DNA of 64,000 nucleotides, taken from contig JBJOKS010000014.1 of NCBI GenBank assembly GCA_046045965.1, positions 62,008 to 126,007 on the forward strand. Direction: 5' to 3'. The stretch comes from Cyanobacteriota bacterium (GTDB lineage: Bacteria; Cyanobacteriota; Cyanobacteriia; Cyanobacteriales; Nostocaceae). The translations under genes and the position numbers were made by a program. Shown piece by piece: positions 63,147-64,000 of this stretch (position 1 is its first letter; each line of letters starts with the position of its first letter). The notes under the pieces are model-generated. The model was not told the DNA's origin. It saw only the letters and a program-made list of their open reading frames with translations, and ran no database searches.

Positions 63147-63151
63147 TGATT

Positions 63152-63217
63152 TTACACCTCCTGTACTTGGTTTAGTATTTTACAACTTTTCGACCAATAA
63201 AGTCTAGTAGAAAAGAC
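63152..63217 (-). pseudogene. C-terminal remnant of IS607 serine recombinase TnpA
   Basis: VFSTRLYWSKSCKILNQVQEV* resembles the VFSARLYGxRS tail of IS607 TnpA. Confidence 0.65.
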
Positions 63218-64000
63218 ATAGTAGCCAGGTCAAATGTTGGTGATTAGATGTATGAATTAATTTGTTAGATTCCTGGTTATCTAAGTGTGAACAATGAAAT
63301 TTTTAGTTCTGTTACGGAGGAGCTAGTTAATTTACTCATATCCTCATAATAGGTGATTGTTTAATCAGACATGAGTAGATCTAGATAGATATTTTGATTC
63401 AGTTACTAGCCCTGACATTACGTTTATTTAGATGATGAAGCTAAGTATTTTTCAATCCCCTTTTAGCCAGATAAAAGGTATCTATCAGGATAACCTGCCT
63501 TGGCGTACCTGAAATTCAATCTCAACTAAACATTCCACTGTCTCTAAAACTGCAATTTTCCTATTGCGGTTCCCCAAATACAGCGTATTACAAAATATAA
63601 CACTATATACCCATTTGACTATTCCTAAACCACACCTATTGTCTATATTTTTGCTGGTTGCCAACTAAACCTCACTCAAGTGATTGCAACATTATCAACC
63701 AATAGCTTAGATCACGCTGCGCTATCGGCGAGGATGAAATATTTTGATTTAGGCTGAAGCACCAAGACTACTATTATATAATAACCTGTTTGTAACAAGG
63801 TGTTATTTCAAACAATTAGCCTTAGTATTTTTGGCGGGAAGGTTGCTTGCCAGGTTCTACAGAATATAAATAGCCAACTTATATAATATCACTTTTATTG
63901 CCAGTTAAAATCATAATTTTTGAAGATTTCCTGATAATTGCTTCAAACATCCTCTGGGATGGTAACTTTAGTTCACAAGTCAGGAAGGGACAGGGAACTG

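Larger units (their letters stand above)
61960..63273 (-). mobile_element. Non-autonomous IS607-family element (tnpA deleted, tnpB intact)
   Basis: GG at both inferred ends; subterminal ATCTA-type motifs; tnpA C-terminal remnant; left boundary is inferred. Confidence 0.65.

Overview
AT-rich chromosomal window from a filamentous Nostocales-type cyanobacterium, judged from HIP1 GCGATCGC sites, heptamer STRR arrays and the carB-sigD-mutT, dpsA, sasA, ppk1, dxr and glsF gene set. Most of 9.6-62 kb is core metabolism and signalling. It is interrupted by two single-chain Type IIG/IIL restriction-modification genes, a GT-C glycosyltransferase cluster with a decayed GT2 gene, several MITEs and short dispersed repeats (some in-frame inside carB and glsF), and a tnpA-deleted IS607-type element with an intact-looking TnpB. 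The most notable part is the accessory island at 1-9.5 kb. It holds two NB-ARC/STAND ATPases with a shared N-terminal HTH-like domain, one split from its TPR partner. Both are transcribed divergently from small, membrane or surface-protein genes. A palindromic element CAAGATCAC-N17-(C/G)TGATC occurs three times, always intergenic and upstream of those genes, which suggests an NLR-like STAND transcription-factor regulon. No rRNA, tRNA or CRISPR array was seen. All family assignments come from motif recognition by eye; no database search was run.
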